Shown here: positions 7,747 to 16,809 of the stretch, piece after piece
How the letters are laid out: each line of letters opens with the position of its first letter
Numbering within the stretch: the first letter of the stretch is position 1
IMG/VR virus record: IMGVR_UViG_2541047426_000009
Span: 1-27,364 of that record
DNA: 27,364 nt
DNA from: a virus
Lineage: Duplodnaviria; Heunggongvirae; Uroviricota; Caudoviricetes
Direction: 5' to 3' (one strand)
The notes under the pieces: model-generated
The model's input: the letters and a program-made list of their open reading frames with translations, nothing else
Told to the model about the DNA's origin: nothing
Database searches by the model: none
Program-made: the position numbers and the translations under genes

Positions 7747-7871
7747 ATTTTCAACGCGTTTGAAGTTCCGGACGGCGCCGGAATAGAATCAAAAATACTT
7801 AAGTAGCGCGCAGGGAGAAGAGGGATGGACCCCGAACAGGGGAGTGCTATTTATCTGGAAGGATTCTGTTG

Positions 7872-8129
7872 ATGAGAATCGAAGAATTACGTGAAATTTT
7901 TAGTGAAGATGGCCTCTATACTGTGCGCGTTGAGAAGGGCGCTATTGTCAGCCACTGCCGTATTAAATGTTTACAGTCTCAACAAAGGAAGAGTGGAGCT
8001 GCGTTAATTCATTTTGTGGATGGGCTTGTGACGGATGGTTTTATTTTGCGTGCAAATGAATTTGTCACATCGTTGCCGTCTCTGAAAGAAGCTGGGATTA
8101 AGGCTGGTTTTTCTGCTTTTGAAGATTAG
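7872..8129 (+). CDS. hypothetical 85-aa protein (Rem-like by size and position downstream of hok)
   Basis: ATG with GGAAGGA RBS; position matches rem in Qin; identity not verified. Confidence 0.45.
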   Translation: MRIEELREIFSEDGLYTVRVEKGAIVSHCRIKCLQSQQRKSGAALIHFVDGLVTDGFILRANEFVTSLPSLKEAGIKAGFSAFED

Positions 8130-8198
8130 TGAATTCATCTACAATTCAGCGCAGGGCTGAACCCCTGTTGAGTAACACTGTGCCACCGGAGAAAGCCG

Positions 8199-8477
8199 AT
8201 GGCGCAAAATTCCAGACTACACAATTCTGATAATTCAGCCGTCTTTGCCAGCAGGCACGGGCGGCGTTCTCATGCATTCAAATCTGACTGGTTCCGGCAC
8301 GCCCCATGCACTGAAGAACAGGCCGAATGGCTGATTCAGAACTACCGCAGACGTGGGTATGAGTTTAGGAAAGCCCTCAGCCTCGATTATCGTCACTGGA
8401 TAATCTACGTCAGGCTGCCGTACTCCGAGCGCCCACCGCGTCCGTCCCGCACATTCCAGCAACGCATCTGGAGGTAA
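8199..8477 (+). CDS. hypothetical 92-aa protein immediately upstream of the DUF968 gene
   Basis: ATG with GGAGAAAG RBS; stop 1 nt before the GTG start of the next gene. Confidence 0.4.
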   Translation: MAQNSRLHNSDNSAVFASRHGRRSHAFKSDWFRHAPCTEEQAEWLIQNYRRRGYEFRKALSLDYRHWIIYVRLPYSERPPRPSRTFQQRIWR

Positions 8478-8478
8478 C

Positions 8479-9525
8479 GTGCGGGTATTACTTCGACCTG
8501 TTCCGGTACCGGAACTTGGGGTGGTGGTCCTTAAACCAGGCCGTGAATCCATGCAGGTATTCCATAACCCTCGAGTGCTTGTGGAGCCGGAGCCGAAAAG
8601 CATGCGCGGTCTGCCGTCCGGCATCGTCCCTGCCGTTCGCCAGCCGCTGGCGGAGGATAAATCATTACTGCCGTTTTTCAGCAATGAGCGTGTGATTCGT
8701 GCTGTTGGTGGCGCTGGTGCACTGTCTGACTGGCTGTTGCGTCATGTCAAATCCTGCCAGTGGCCTCATGGTGACTATCATCACAGTGAAACCGTTATTC
8801 ACCGTTATGGTACCGGCGCAATGGTGTTGTGCTGGCACTGCGACAACCAGCTGCGTGACCAGACATCCGAATCACTCGAGCAACTTGCTCATCAAAACCT
8901 GTCAGCATGGATGATTGACGTCATCGGTCACGCAATAAGCGGTACGCAGGAGCGTGAATTATCTCTGGCTGAATTATCCTGGTGGGCGGTCCGCAATCAG
9001 GTGGCGGACGCGCTACCGGAAGCGGTATTACGTCGTTCGCTGGGGTTGCGTGCGGAAAAAATCCGCTCAATGTACCGTGAAAGCGACATCGTACCGGGAG
9101 AGCAGACCGCCACCATCATACTGAAGCAGCGCACAAAAAATCTTGCGCCGCTGCCTCACGCCCACCAGCAAAACCCACCACAGGAAAAGACGGTGGTCAG
9201 CATTGCCGTTGATCCGGAGTCTCCGGAATCCTTCATGAAACGACCTAAACGTCGCCGCTGGGTAAATGAGAAATACACACGCTGGGTAAAGACACAGCCG
9301 TGTGCGTGTTGTGGTAAGCCAGCGGACGATCCTCATCATCTGATTGGTCATGGTCAGGGCGGAATGGGAACAAAATCCCACGATATTTTCACGCTACCGC
9401 TGTGTCGGGAGCATCACAACGAGCTTCATGCGGATCCGCTGGCGTTCGAAGAAAAGCATGGTTCCCAGGTTGATTTAATTTTTCGTTTTCTTGATCACGC
9501 CTTTGCGACTGGCGTGCTCGGGTAA
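8479..9525 (+). CDS. DUF968-family prophage protein (YdfU-like) with Cys/His-rich zinc-finger/HNH-like C-terminus
   Basis: 348 aa from GTG; motifs CQWPHGDYHH...CWHCD and CACCGKPADDPHHLIGHGQGG...CREHHNELH; widespread in E. coli lambdoid prophages upstream of rusA/Q. Confidence 0.8.
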   Translation: MRVLLRPVPVPELGVVVLKPGRESMQVFHNPRVLVEPEPKSMRGLPSGIVPAVRQPLAEDKSLLPFFSNERVIRAVGGAGALSDWLLRHVKSCQWPHGDYHHSETVIHRYGTGAMVLCWHCDNQLRDQTSESLEQLAHQNLSAWMIDVIGHAISGTQERELSLAELSWWAVRNQVADALPEAVLRRSLGLRAEKIRSMYRESDIVPGEQTATIILKQRTKNLAPLPHAHQQNPPQEKTVVSIAVDPESPESFMKRPKRRRWVNEKYTRWVKTQPCACCGKPADDPHHLIGHGQGGMGTKSHDIFTLPLCREHHNELHADPLAFEEKHGSQVDLIFRFLDHAFATGVLG

Positions 9526-9537
9526 AAGAGGTGACTG

Positions 9538-9897
9538 ATGCTCATAGATTTGGTTTTACCTTACCCGCCGACGGTGAACACTTACTGGCGACGCCGTGGC
9601 AGCACATATTTTGTATCAAAAGCCGGGGAGCGTTATCGCCGGGCAGTGGTGCTTATTGTTCGCCAGCAGCGACTGAAATTAAGCCTGTCCGGACGGCTGG
9701 CAATAAAAATTATTGCAGAGCCACCGGATAAGCGTCGTCGTGACCTGGACAATATTCTGAAAGCACCGCTGGATGCGCTGACGCATGCGGGAGTGTTAAT
9801 GGACGATGAGCAGTTTGATGAAATCAATATTGTACGTGGTCAGCCAGTATCTGGTGGACGGCTGGGTGTGAAGATTTACAAAATTGAGAGTGAGTGA
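9538..9897 (+). CDS. rusA: RusA Holliday-junction resolvase
   Basis: 119 aa; motif PDKRRRDLDNILKAPLDALTHAGVLMDDEQ matches RusA family (recalled DRRRRDLDNLQKAAFDALT); AAGAGG RBS. Confidence 0.85.
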   Translation: MLIDLVLPYPPTVNTYWRRRGSTYFVSKAGERYRRAVVLIVRQQRLKLSLSGRLAIKIIAEPPDKRRRDLDNILKAPLDALTHAGVLMDDEQFDEINIVRGQPVSGGRLGVKIYKIESE

Positions 9898-9905
9898 GCG
9901 TAAAT

Positions 9906-10436
9906 ATGATATATCCGGAAATTACAGGCAAAAGCGGCGAACATTTACGCCTGAACACGCTGGAAGCAGTCTGGATCCAGGGGAAATTACGGATGTGGGG
10001 GCGGTGGTCGTATATCGGTGGGGGTAAATCCGGAAATATGTTTAACCGGTTACTGGTTTCGAAAAAGCTGACGAAAACAGCAGTTAATGAGGTTTTACGC
10101 AGCATGAAGAAATCCGGGCTGGAAAAACCGGAACTTGAGGCATTTTTTCGGGATATGACCAGAGGGAAGCAGAAGAGCTGGTTGTCACATTGTACAGACA
10201 CAGAGGCGTTGATTATTGATCGCGTTATCAGTGAGGTGCTTGGGGAATATCCCGGGCTAATCAATATTCTCCGGCAAAGGTACGAAGGACGGGGAATGAG
10301 TAAGAGAAAAATGGCAGAATGTTTAAATCGTACTCACCCGGAATGGTGTTTCAGCACATGTGAGAAACGTATTGCAGGTTGGTTAGCCGTGGCTGAACAC
10401 ATGCTTTATGTACCTATGCACGATTCATTTCGATAA
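9906..10436 (+). CDS. putative late-gene antiterminator (Q-like)
   Basis: 176 aa; directly upstream of a promoter-proximal terminator and the late region; GKLRMWGRWSY motif recalls Q proteins of Stx-phage type. Assignment rests mainly on position. Confidence 0.55.
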   Translation: MIYPEITGKSGEHLRLNTLEAVWIQGKLRMWGRWSYIGGGKSGNMFNRLLVSKKLTKTAVNEVLRSMKKSGLEKPELEAFFRDMTRGKQKSWLSHCTDTEALIIDRVISEVLGEYPGLINILRQRYEGRGMSKRKMAECLNRTHPEWCFSTCEKRIAGWLAVAEHMLYVPMHDSFR

Positions 10437-10531
10437 AAAAAGCTTGCTTTTTTACGCAGAAACAGCTTGAATTCCTGTAAGCTTCGCAAAGCTGTATCGC
10501 GAGGCGAAATGCAAGTTTTTTCGCACAAGGA
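10437..10531 (+). promoter_or_regulatory. putative late promoter (pR'-like) and Q-utilisation region
   Basis: Intergenic segment between Q-like gene and a strong terminator, with an additional stem-loop (GCGAAA...TTTCGC); promoter hexamers not resolved. Confidence 0.35.
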
Positions 10532-10554
10532 AGCCACCGGAAGGTGGTTTTTTT
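10532..10554 (+). terminator. tR'-like intrinsic terminator about 100 nt downstream of the Q-like gene
   Basis: CCACC-ggaa-GGTGG followed by TTTTTTT. Confidence 0.6.
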
Positions 10555-10677
10555 GTGTCCGTAATATACAGCAGCGCAATAAATTCGCTGGTGGTTATTA
10601 ATACCGTTCTTTCAGGTTGCTGGCTTTTTCGACAAGAGTTATTGGTGTGTCACGTTAACCGGAAAAGGGAAAAAGAC

Positions 10678-10875
10678 ATGCTGAAACAGCAGGATATGAC
10701 AGAAACCGCCAGAGTGGTGTTTAATGAATTAAGCGTTACCGACCCGGCGACAGTCGGGGAGATTGCGCAGAATACTTACCTTTCACGCGAACGCTGCCAG
10801 TTAATACTGACCCAGCTGGTTATGGCGGGTCTGGCAGACTATCAGTTTGGTTGTTACAGACGCCTTCAGTCCTGA
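10678..10875 (+). CDS. hypothetical 65-aa protein, possible small winged-helix DNA-binding protein
   Basis: ATG with AGGGA-like RBS; first ORF after tR'. Confidence 0.4.
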   Translation: MLKQQDMTETARVVFNELSVTDPATVGEIAQNTYLSRERCQLILTQLVMAGLADYQFGCYRRLQS

Positions 10876-11025
10876 AGGCTTTTTTATTTGTGGTAAATGG
10901 GCGGCTGGTGGGTGTAAGGGGCACCCACCAGCCATCTGCTCATGCGTTGGGTTCACAAGCAAACCTCAGGCCCACTGCTTTGCGCAAAAGCAGAATGAGC
11001 CTATCAGAGACAGGCTTAATGATCC

Positions 11026-12083
11026 ATGCTTAATACTGTAAAAATATCCAGTTGTGAGTTAATCAACGCCGACTGCCTGGAATTTATGCGGTCGTTACCC
11101 GAAAATTCTGTTGACCTGATAGTCACGGACCCGCCGTACTTCAAAGTGAAACCCGAGGGCTGGGATAACCAGTGGGCGGGTGATGAAGATTACCTGAAGT
11201 GGCTGGACCAGTGTCTTGCGCAGTTCTGGCGGGTGCTGAAACCTGCCGGAAGTCTTTACCTGTTCTGTGGCCATCGTCTGGCATCTGACACCGAAATCAT
11301 GATGCGTGAGCGGTTTAACGTGCTGAACCATATCATCTGGGCAAAGCCGTCCGGACGCTGGAACGGGTGCAACAAGGAAAGCCTGCGGGCGTATTTCCCC
11401 GCCACAGAGCGCATTCTGTTCGCAGAGCATTATCAGGGGCCGTATCGTCCGAAAGATGCCGGGTATGAGGCGAAGGGTAGGACACTGAAACAGCATGTGA
11501 TGGCCCCGCTGATTGCTTACTTTCGTGATGCGCGCGCTGTCCTGGGGATAACGGCAAAACAGATTGCAGATGCCACAGGAAAGAAAAACATGGTGTCGCA
11601 CTGGTTCAGTGCCGGTCAGTGGCAGCTGCCGAACGAAAGCGATTATCTGAAATTACAGGCACTGTTTGCCCGGGTGGCAGAAGAGAAGCATCAGCGGGGT
11701 GAACTGGAAAGCCCCACCACCAGCTGGTGGATACGTATGCCTCTCTGAACCGACAGTATGCGGAGCTGCAGAGTGAATATAAGCATCTGCGGCGGTATTT
11801 CGGTGTGACGGTGCAGGTGCCGTACACCGATGTGTGGACGTATAAACCGGTGCAGTACTATCCAGGGAAACATCCGTGCGAAAAACCGGCAGAAATGTTG
11901 CAGCAGATAATCAGCGCAAGCAGTCGTCCGGGAGACCTGGTTGCAGATTTCTTCATGGGGTCGGGGTCGACAGTGAAAGCAGCGATGGCGCTGGGACGTC
12001 GTGCAACTGGCGTTGAACTGGAGACTGAACGTTTTGAGCAGACGGTGCGGGAAGTACAGGATTTAATCATTCGTAACGGATGA
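11026..12083 (+). pseudogene. DNA amino-methyltransferase (motif IV DPPY before motif I FxGxG), split by a frameshift near 11703-11748
   Basis: ORF 11026-11748 carries ADCLEFMRSLPENSVDLIVTDPPYF; overlapping ORF 11727-12083 in another frame carries DLVADFFMGSGSTVKAA; together one MTase. Confidence 0.7.
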
Positions 12084-12123
12084 GATTGCGGAGTTAATCA
12101 TGCGTCGTTATTATTCAGCAATC

Positions 12124-12199
12124 GGCCCTTTAGCTCAGCGGTGAGAGCGAGCGACTCATAATCGCCAGGTCGCTGGTTCAAATCCAGCAAGGGCCACCA
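12124..12199 (+). tRNA. tRNA with CAU anticodon (Ile2/ileX-like, or Met)
   Basis: Cloverleaf: acceptor GGCCCTT/AAGGGCC, D-stem GCTC/GAGC, anticodon loop CTCATAA, T-arm GCTGG-TTCAAAT-CCAGC, 3' CCA; resembles recalled E. coli ileX. Confidence 0.85.
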
Positions 12200-12279
12200 A
12201 CCGCCACTAGCTCATCAGGAAAGAACGTCACCCTGTGCGAGATTCGGAGTCCCCGGTGGCGGTCCATTATCGGTATTCT

Positions 12280-12356
12280 GCGTTGTTAGCTCAGCCGGAC
12301 AGAGCAATTGCCTTCTAAGCAATCGGTCACTGGTTCGAATCCAGTACAACGCACCA
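12280..12356 (+). tRNA. tRNA-Arg (UCU anticodon, reads AGA)
   Basis: Acceptor GCGTTGT/ACAACGC, D-stem GCTC/GAGC, anticodon stem ATTGC/GCAAT with loop CTTCTAA, T-arm ACTGG-TTCGAAT-CCAGT, 3' CCA. Confidence 0.85.
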
Positions 12357-12760
12357 CACCACACTTATCTGCCCTGACTCTCTTTTGCGGGCTTTTTATT
12401 ACAGGAAAGACACCGGACAGTGAAATGTTAAATGCCTCACAATTCAGGCAGTTGACTGTTGCCTGACATGCTGAGCGTTTGTTAAAAAAATCCTGCATGA
12501 TGAATCCCCCTGAGCGGCGGGGCATAATGACAGATGTTTGGTTGCGTATTGTATAGGCAAGTTGCGGATTCTGTCTGGTCATTGCAGAATTCACCGGGAG
12601 GCACCCGGCATCATGCTGTATACAGAGATTAGGCATATATCCAGGCTTCTCATCGCAGGAGCCTTTTTACATGCAAAAAAAAGCCCGAGTGGGTTCGGGC
12701 AACAGCATGAGATACTTGCATTGTCATTTTTATCGTGTGGATTTTAACCAGGGTTTATAA

Positions 12761-12790
12761 GGCTGCGCAACTGCGCGGCCTTTTTCGTTT
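12761..12790 (+). terminator. putative intrinsic terminator upstream of the esterase gene
   Basis: GGCTGCGC-aact-GCGCGGCC followed by TTTTT. Confidence 0.4.
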
Positions 12791-12879
12791 TGCGGGCTGC
12801 GGTTCTCCTCTTTTGATTCTCCTTGTGGCCGGACCGTGGCCCGCAACTGTTGAGGAAAATCCCGGAAAGGGGAGGAATA

Positions 12880-14295
12880 ATGACATTTAAACATTATGAT
12901 GTTGTCAGGGCGGCGTCGCCGTCAGACCTTGCGGAAAAGCTGACACACAAACTGAAAGAGGGCTGGCAGCCGTTTGGTAGTCCGGTGGCCATAACCCCTT
13001 ATACCCTGATGCAGGTGATTACAGCAGAAGGTGATGTGGTGGTCAGTGGTGCAACTGAGCCGGATTGGTACTACGTCATCGTACTGGCCGGGCAGTCCAA
13101 TGCCATGGCTTACGGTGAAGGGCTTCCGCTGCCGGATTCATACGATGCTCCGGATCCGCGCATTAAACAGCTGGCGCGCCGCAGTACAGTTACGCCGGGT
13201 GGGGCTGCCTGCAGATATAACGATATTATTCCGGCCGACCACTGCCTGCATGATGTGCAGGATATGAGTACGCTGAATCATCCGAAGGCAGACCTGAGCA
13301 AAGGGCAGTACGGCTGTGTCGGCCAGGGCTTACATATTGCCAAAAAACTGCTTCCGTATATCCCGAATAACGCGGGGATCCTGCTGGTACCATGCTGTCG
13401 TGGTGGTTCGGCATTACCCAGGGCGCGGAGGGGACATTCAGTGCGGACGCGGGGGCCAGCCAGGATTCGGCGCGCTGGGGTGTGGGTAAACCGTTATATC
13501 AGGATCTGATTTCCCGCACTAAAGCGGCATTACAGAAAAATCCCAAAAACGTTCTGCTGGCCGTCTGCTGGATGCAGGGAGAGTTTGACATGAGCGCCGC
13601 CACCCACGCACAGCAACCTGCGCTGTTTACAGCCATGCTGGCACAGTTTCGTGCTGACCTCTCCGTGTTTAACGCGCAGTGCCATGGTGGCAGTGCTGCA
13701 GATGTGCCGTGGATTTGTGGTGACACGACGTATTACTGGAAAAATACCTACGGCACCCAGTACAACACCATTTACGGGGCGTACAAAAACAGGGAGAGTG
13801 AGGGCGTTTATTTTGTGCCCTTCATGACAGACGGTAACGGCGTCAATACCGCCACTAACGCGCCGGCAGAAGATCCGGATATTCCGGCATCAGGATATTA
13901 CGGTGCGGCATCGAGAACGAATGGAAACCAGGTATCATCAAACCGCCCGACACATTTCAGTTCATGGGCGCGCAGGAGCATTATTCCGGATCGTATGGCA
14001 ACCGCTATTCTGAACGCAGCCGGGCGCACCTCAGCCTTCATCAGTGGTAAGGCACCGGAAATCAAACCCTCGCCCGGCGGCAACACGCCATCGGGTCCGT
14101 CTGCAGATACGTCCGTTCGCACAATCTCCCTGCTGCCGGCAGCCGGAGAGGCTGCTGCGCAGGGCTGGAGCATTAAGGATGGCGGAATTCAGTTGTCAGA
14201 TGGTGTATTTAAGATCACCAGGCAGAGCAATAAAACCTGGTCCCTGACGCATCCGGTGGATGACGCAATTACCCTGCTGACACAGGGCGGCAGAC
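12880..14295 (+). pseudogene. N-terminal part of a nanS-p-like sialate O-acetylesterase (DUF1737 + SGNH/SASA domain), frameshifted near 13400-13420 and truncated by an IS insertion
   Basis: MTFKHYDVVRAASPSD N-terminus and YYVIVLAGQSNAMAYGEG motif; reading frame switches between track ORFs 12823-13509 and 13392-14531; ORF runs into the IS inverted repeat at 14296. Confidence 0.7.
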
Positions 14296-14337
14296 TGAAC
14301 CGCCCCGGGTTTCCTGGAGAGTGTTTTATCTGTGAAC

Positions 14338-15228
14338 TCAGGCTGCCAGATCATCGTTTCCGATGGAAGCATAATAAGCTTTTTCTGCTTCTGCCGGAGG
14401 AGTATGGCCCAGCCTTCCCAGCAATCGTCGATTGTTATACCAGTCCACCCACGTTAGTGTGGCCAGTTCCACTTCTGCACGGTTTTTCCAGCTCTTACGG
14501 TGTATTACCTCCGCTTTGTAAAGACCATTGATGCTCTCAGCCATCGCGTTGTCATACGAGTCGCCTGTACTCCCTGTTGATGCCAGTAATCCGGCTTCTT
14601 TTAGTCGCTCCGTATAGGCCAGTGACACATACTGAGAGCCTTTATCGCTGTGATGGATGGTGCCAGACGGACGACGGGCCCACAACGCCTGCTCCAGCGC
14701 ATCCAGCACGAATGTCGTTTCCATAGACGATGAGACCCGCCACCCCACGATGTATCCGGCAAACACATCAATGATAAACGCCACATAGACGAAGCCCTGC
14801 CATGTGCTGACGTAAGTAAAATCAGCCACCCACAGCTGGTCAGGTCGTTCTGCCACGAACTGACGGTTTACGCGGTCGCCTGCGGCAACGGCTTTCCGGC
14901 TGATGGTCGTACGGACCTTTTTACCCCGGAGAACACCGGCAAGTCCCATAACCGCCATGAGACGTGCCACTGTACATCTGGCCACCCTGATTCCTTCCCG
15001 TAACAACTGACGCCAGACTTTACGCACACCGTACACCTGATGATTTTCATCGTATACGCGCTGTATCTCTCTCTTCAGCCAGTCGTCGTGCTGCGCACGG
15101 GCACTGCGTTTATCCGGATGATGTCGCTGTTGCTGACAATGGTAATACGTTGACGGGGCAATATGCAGTTCGCTGCATACCGGTCCGACCCCGTACTGCT
15201 CACGCAGCTTATCCAGCAGTGGCATCAT
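14338..15228 (-). CDS. IS3-family transposase OrfB (DDE catalytic domain)
   Basis: 296 aa; matches recalled IS629 OrfB. Confidence 0.9.
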   Translation of the reverse strand: MMPLLDKLREQYGVGPVCSELHIAPSTYYHCQQQRHHPDKRSARAQHDDWLKREIQRVYDENHQVYGVRKVWRQLLREGIRVARCTVARLMAVMGLAGVLRGKKVRTTISRKAVAAGDRVNRQFVAERPDQLWVADFTYVSTWQGFVYVAFIIDVFAGYIVGWRVSSSMETTFVLDALEQALWARRPSGTIHHSDKGSQYVSLAYTERLKEAGLLASTGSTGDSYDNAMAESINGLYKAEVIHRKSWKNRAEVELATLTWVDWYNNRRLLGRLGHTPPAEAEKAYYASIGNDDLAA

Positions 15229-15551
15229 TTTTTCCAGAGGCGGTCGAACTCCGCCTTCGCAAAATAAGCGGAAGCCTGGCGAAGGATATCGTTACTGCGG
15301 CGCAGTTCACGATTTTCACGTTCCAGCTCTTTCAGACGCTGACGTTCAGCGCTGGTGAGCCCACCATCACCGCCCCCGGTATCCCGCTCATGCTGGCGAA
15401 CCCAGACACGCAGAGTCTCCGGCGTACAGCCAATCTTTGGGGCAATGGAACAAATTGCCGCCCACTGTGAGTCATATTCATCCTGACTTTCCAGAACCAT
15501 ACGAATCGCCCGCTGACGGACTTCGGGGGAAAAACGAGTATTTTTAGTCAT
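15225..15551 (-). CDS. IS3-family transposase OrfA (HTH)
   Basis: 108 aa; overlaps orfB start, typical -1 frameshift arrangement. Confidence 0.9.
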   Translation of the reverse strand: MTKNTRFSPEVRQRAIRMVLESQDEYDSQWAAICSIAPKIGCTPETLRVWVRQHERDTGGGDGGLTSAERQRLKELERENRELRRSNDILRQASAYFAKAEFDRLWKK

Positions 15552-15605
15552 CCTGTTTACCTCTTTCTCAGGGAGTTTAGTCTCCAGGATTTCCGGGGCG
15601 GTTCA

Positions 15606-16045
15606 GACTGACCTGTAAGTTCCGCCTGTCAGGCGCACTGACCAACAATCAGTTCGGGCTGGGGATTTATCTGTATACGGATGCTCCCGTTCCTGATGGT
15701 GTGGCGATGACGGGTACCGGTAATCCGTTCCTGATGTCGTACTTCACTCAGACCACTGACGGCAGAGTGAATCTGATGCATCACAGGAAAGCCGGAAACA
15801 CGAAGCTGGGGGAGTTCGGCGATTACGGTAACGACTGGCAGACGCTGGAGCTGGTGTTCACCGCCGGCAGTGCCACGGTTACTCCGAAACTGAATGGAGT
15901 GGCTGGCCCGGCATTCCAGGTTATAAAAGACAGTATGACACTGGGACTGAATGCGCTGACGCTGACGGATGTTACAAAAAATGCAGCGTATGGCGTTGAG
16001 ATAGAAAGTCTGGTGCTGGAGATAAATGCACCGGCATCATCATAA
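15606..16045 (+). pseudogene. C-terminal part of the nanS-p-like esterase, separated from the N-terminal part by the IS element
   Basis: After removing the IS and one TSD copy the frame is continuous with the upstream segment; track ORF 15701-16045 is its tail. Confidence 0.65.
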
Positions 16046-16194
16046 AAAGTGAGCCAGTCAAATGGAAGGTATCGTTAAACTCACCGGTAGTGTCAGTGGG
16101 TCGTCTGAGACGCCTGCATGAGTTATCAGAGCCATCAGTAGTTAACTGGTGGCTTTTTTATTGTTGTCAGCTTCCGGATAACGGGAGACGGGGT

Positions 16195-16410
16195 ATGTAC
16201 CAGATGGAAAAAATCACAACGGGTGTGTCATACACCACGTCAGCGGTGGGGACGGGATACTGGTTACTGCAGCTGCTGGACAAAGTCTCTCCGTCCCAGT
16301 GGGTGGCGATAGGCGTGCTGGGGAGTCTGCTGTTTGGGCTGCTGACATATCTGACGAACCTGTATTTCAAGATTAAAGAAGACCGGCGTAAGGCGGCGCG
16401 GGGAGAGTAA
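16195..16410 (+). CDS. class II holin / pinholin (phage 21 S-like)
   Basis: 71 aa, dual-start MYQM; matches recalled S21 ([16 protein letters not shown]...[22 protein letters not shown]); GGGAGA RBS. Confidence 0.8.
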   Translation: MYQMEKITTGVSYTTSAVGTGYWLLQLLDKVSPSQWVAIGVLGSLLFGLLTYLTNLYFKIKEDRRKAARGE

Positions 16411-16414
16411 AGTG

Positions 16415-16759
16415 ATGAAGAAAAAATACGAACTGGTTGTTAAAGGGATAAATAATTACCCGGATAAGATTACTGTTACTGTGGCACCGGAAATTGGTGG
16501 GTATCCGTCACTGTTGTTGCCAGATGTGGCGATTAGTCTTGACCGTACTGAAGGTGCCACGCTGGAGTTTTACGAAGCTGAGGCGAAAAAGCAGGCGAAG
16601 CAGTTTTTCATGGATGTTGCTGCCGGGTTATGTGAAGGGGATGGTCCGTTGCCGGAAAAGCGCCCCGTAATTTTAGAGGCGCAGGATGTGTTGATAACCT
16701 ACAGAGGAAAACTACCGGGAATAATTACGGGTTCTCTGAAGACTCCACCGCTGGCCTGA
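16415..16759 (+). CDS. uncharacterised 114-aa protein inserted between holin and endolysin (YdfR-like by position)
   Basis: Starts 5 nt after holin stop with GGGGAGAG RBS; soluble, no recognisable motif. Confidence 0.5.
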   Translation: MKKKYELVVKGINNYPDKITVTVAPEIGGYPSLLLPDVAISLDRTEGATLEFYEAEAKKQAKQFFMDVAAGLCEGDGPLPEKRPVILEAQDVLITYRGKLPGIITGSLKTPPLA

Positions 16760-16809
16760 AGACTTAACATATCCAGGGATTTGAAATCGATAAACCCTGA
16801 TAAATATCC

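Larger units (their letters stand above)
14296..15605 (-). mobile_element. IS3-family insertion sequence (IS629-like), 1310 bp, with terminal inverted repeats and 3-bp target duplication GAC
   Basis: Ends TGAACCGCCCCGG... (14296) and ...CCGGGGCGGTTCA (15605); flanked by GAC at 14293-14295 and 15606-15608; two-ORF transposase inside. Confidence 0.9.

Noticed and set aside
8235-8684. 149-aa minus-strand ORF
   Set aside because: Antisense to the DUF968 gene and the 92-aa ORF; Gly/Ser/Thr/Arg-rich translation typical of GC-rich antisense frames.
12200-12279. Possible third tRNA between the two tRNA genes, as in the three-tRNA cluster of Stx phages
   Set aside because: No acceptor stem or T-arm consensus could be folded; at most a degenerate remnant.
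12360-12880. Shiga toxin (stxA/stxB) genes in the slot between tRNAs and the esterase gene
   Set aside because: Looked for them because of the architecture; only short ORFs under 25 codons are present, so no toxin genes.
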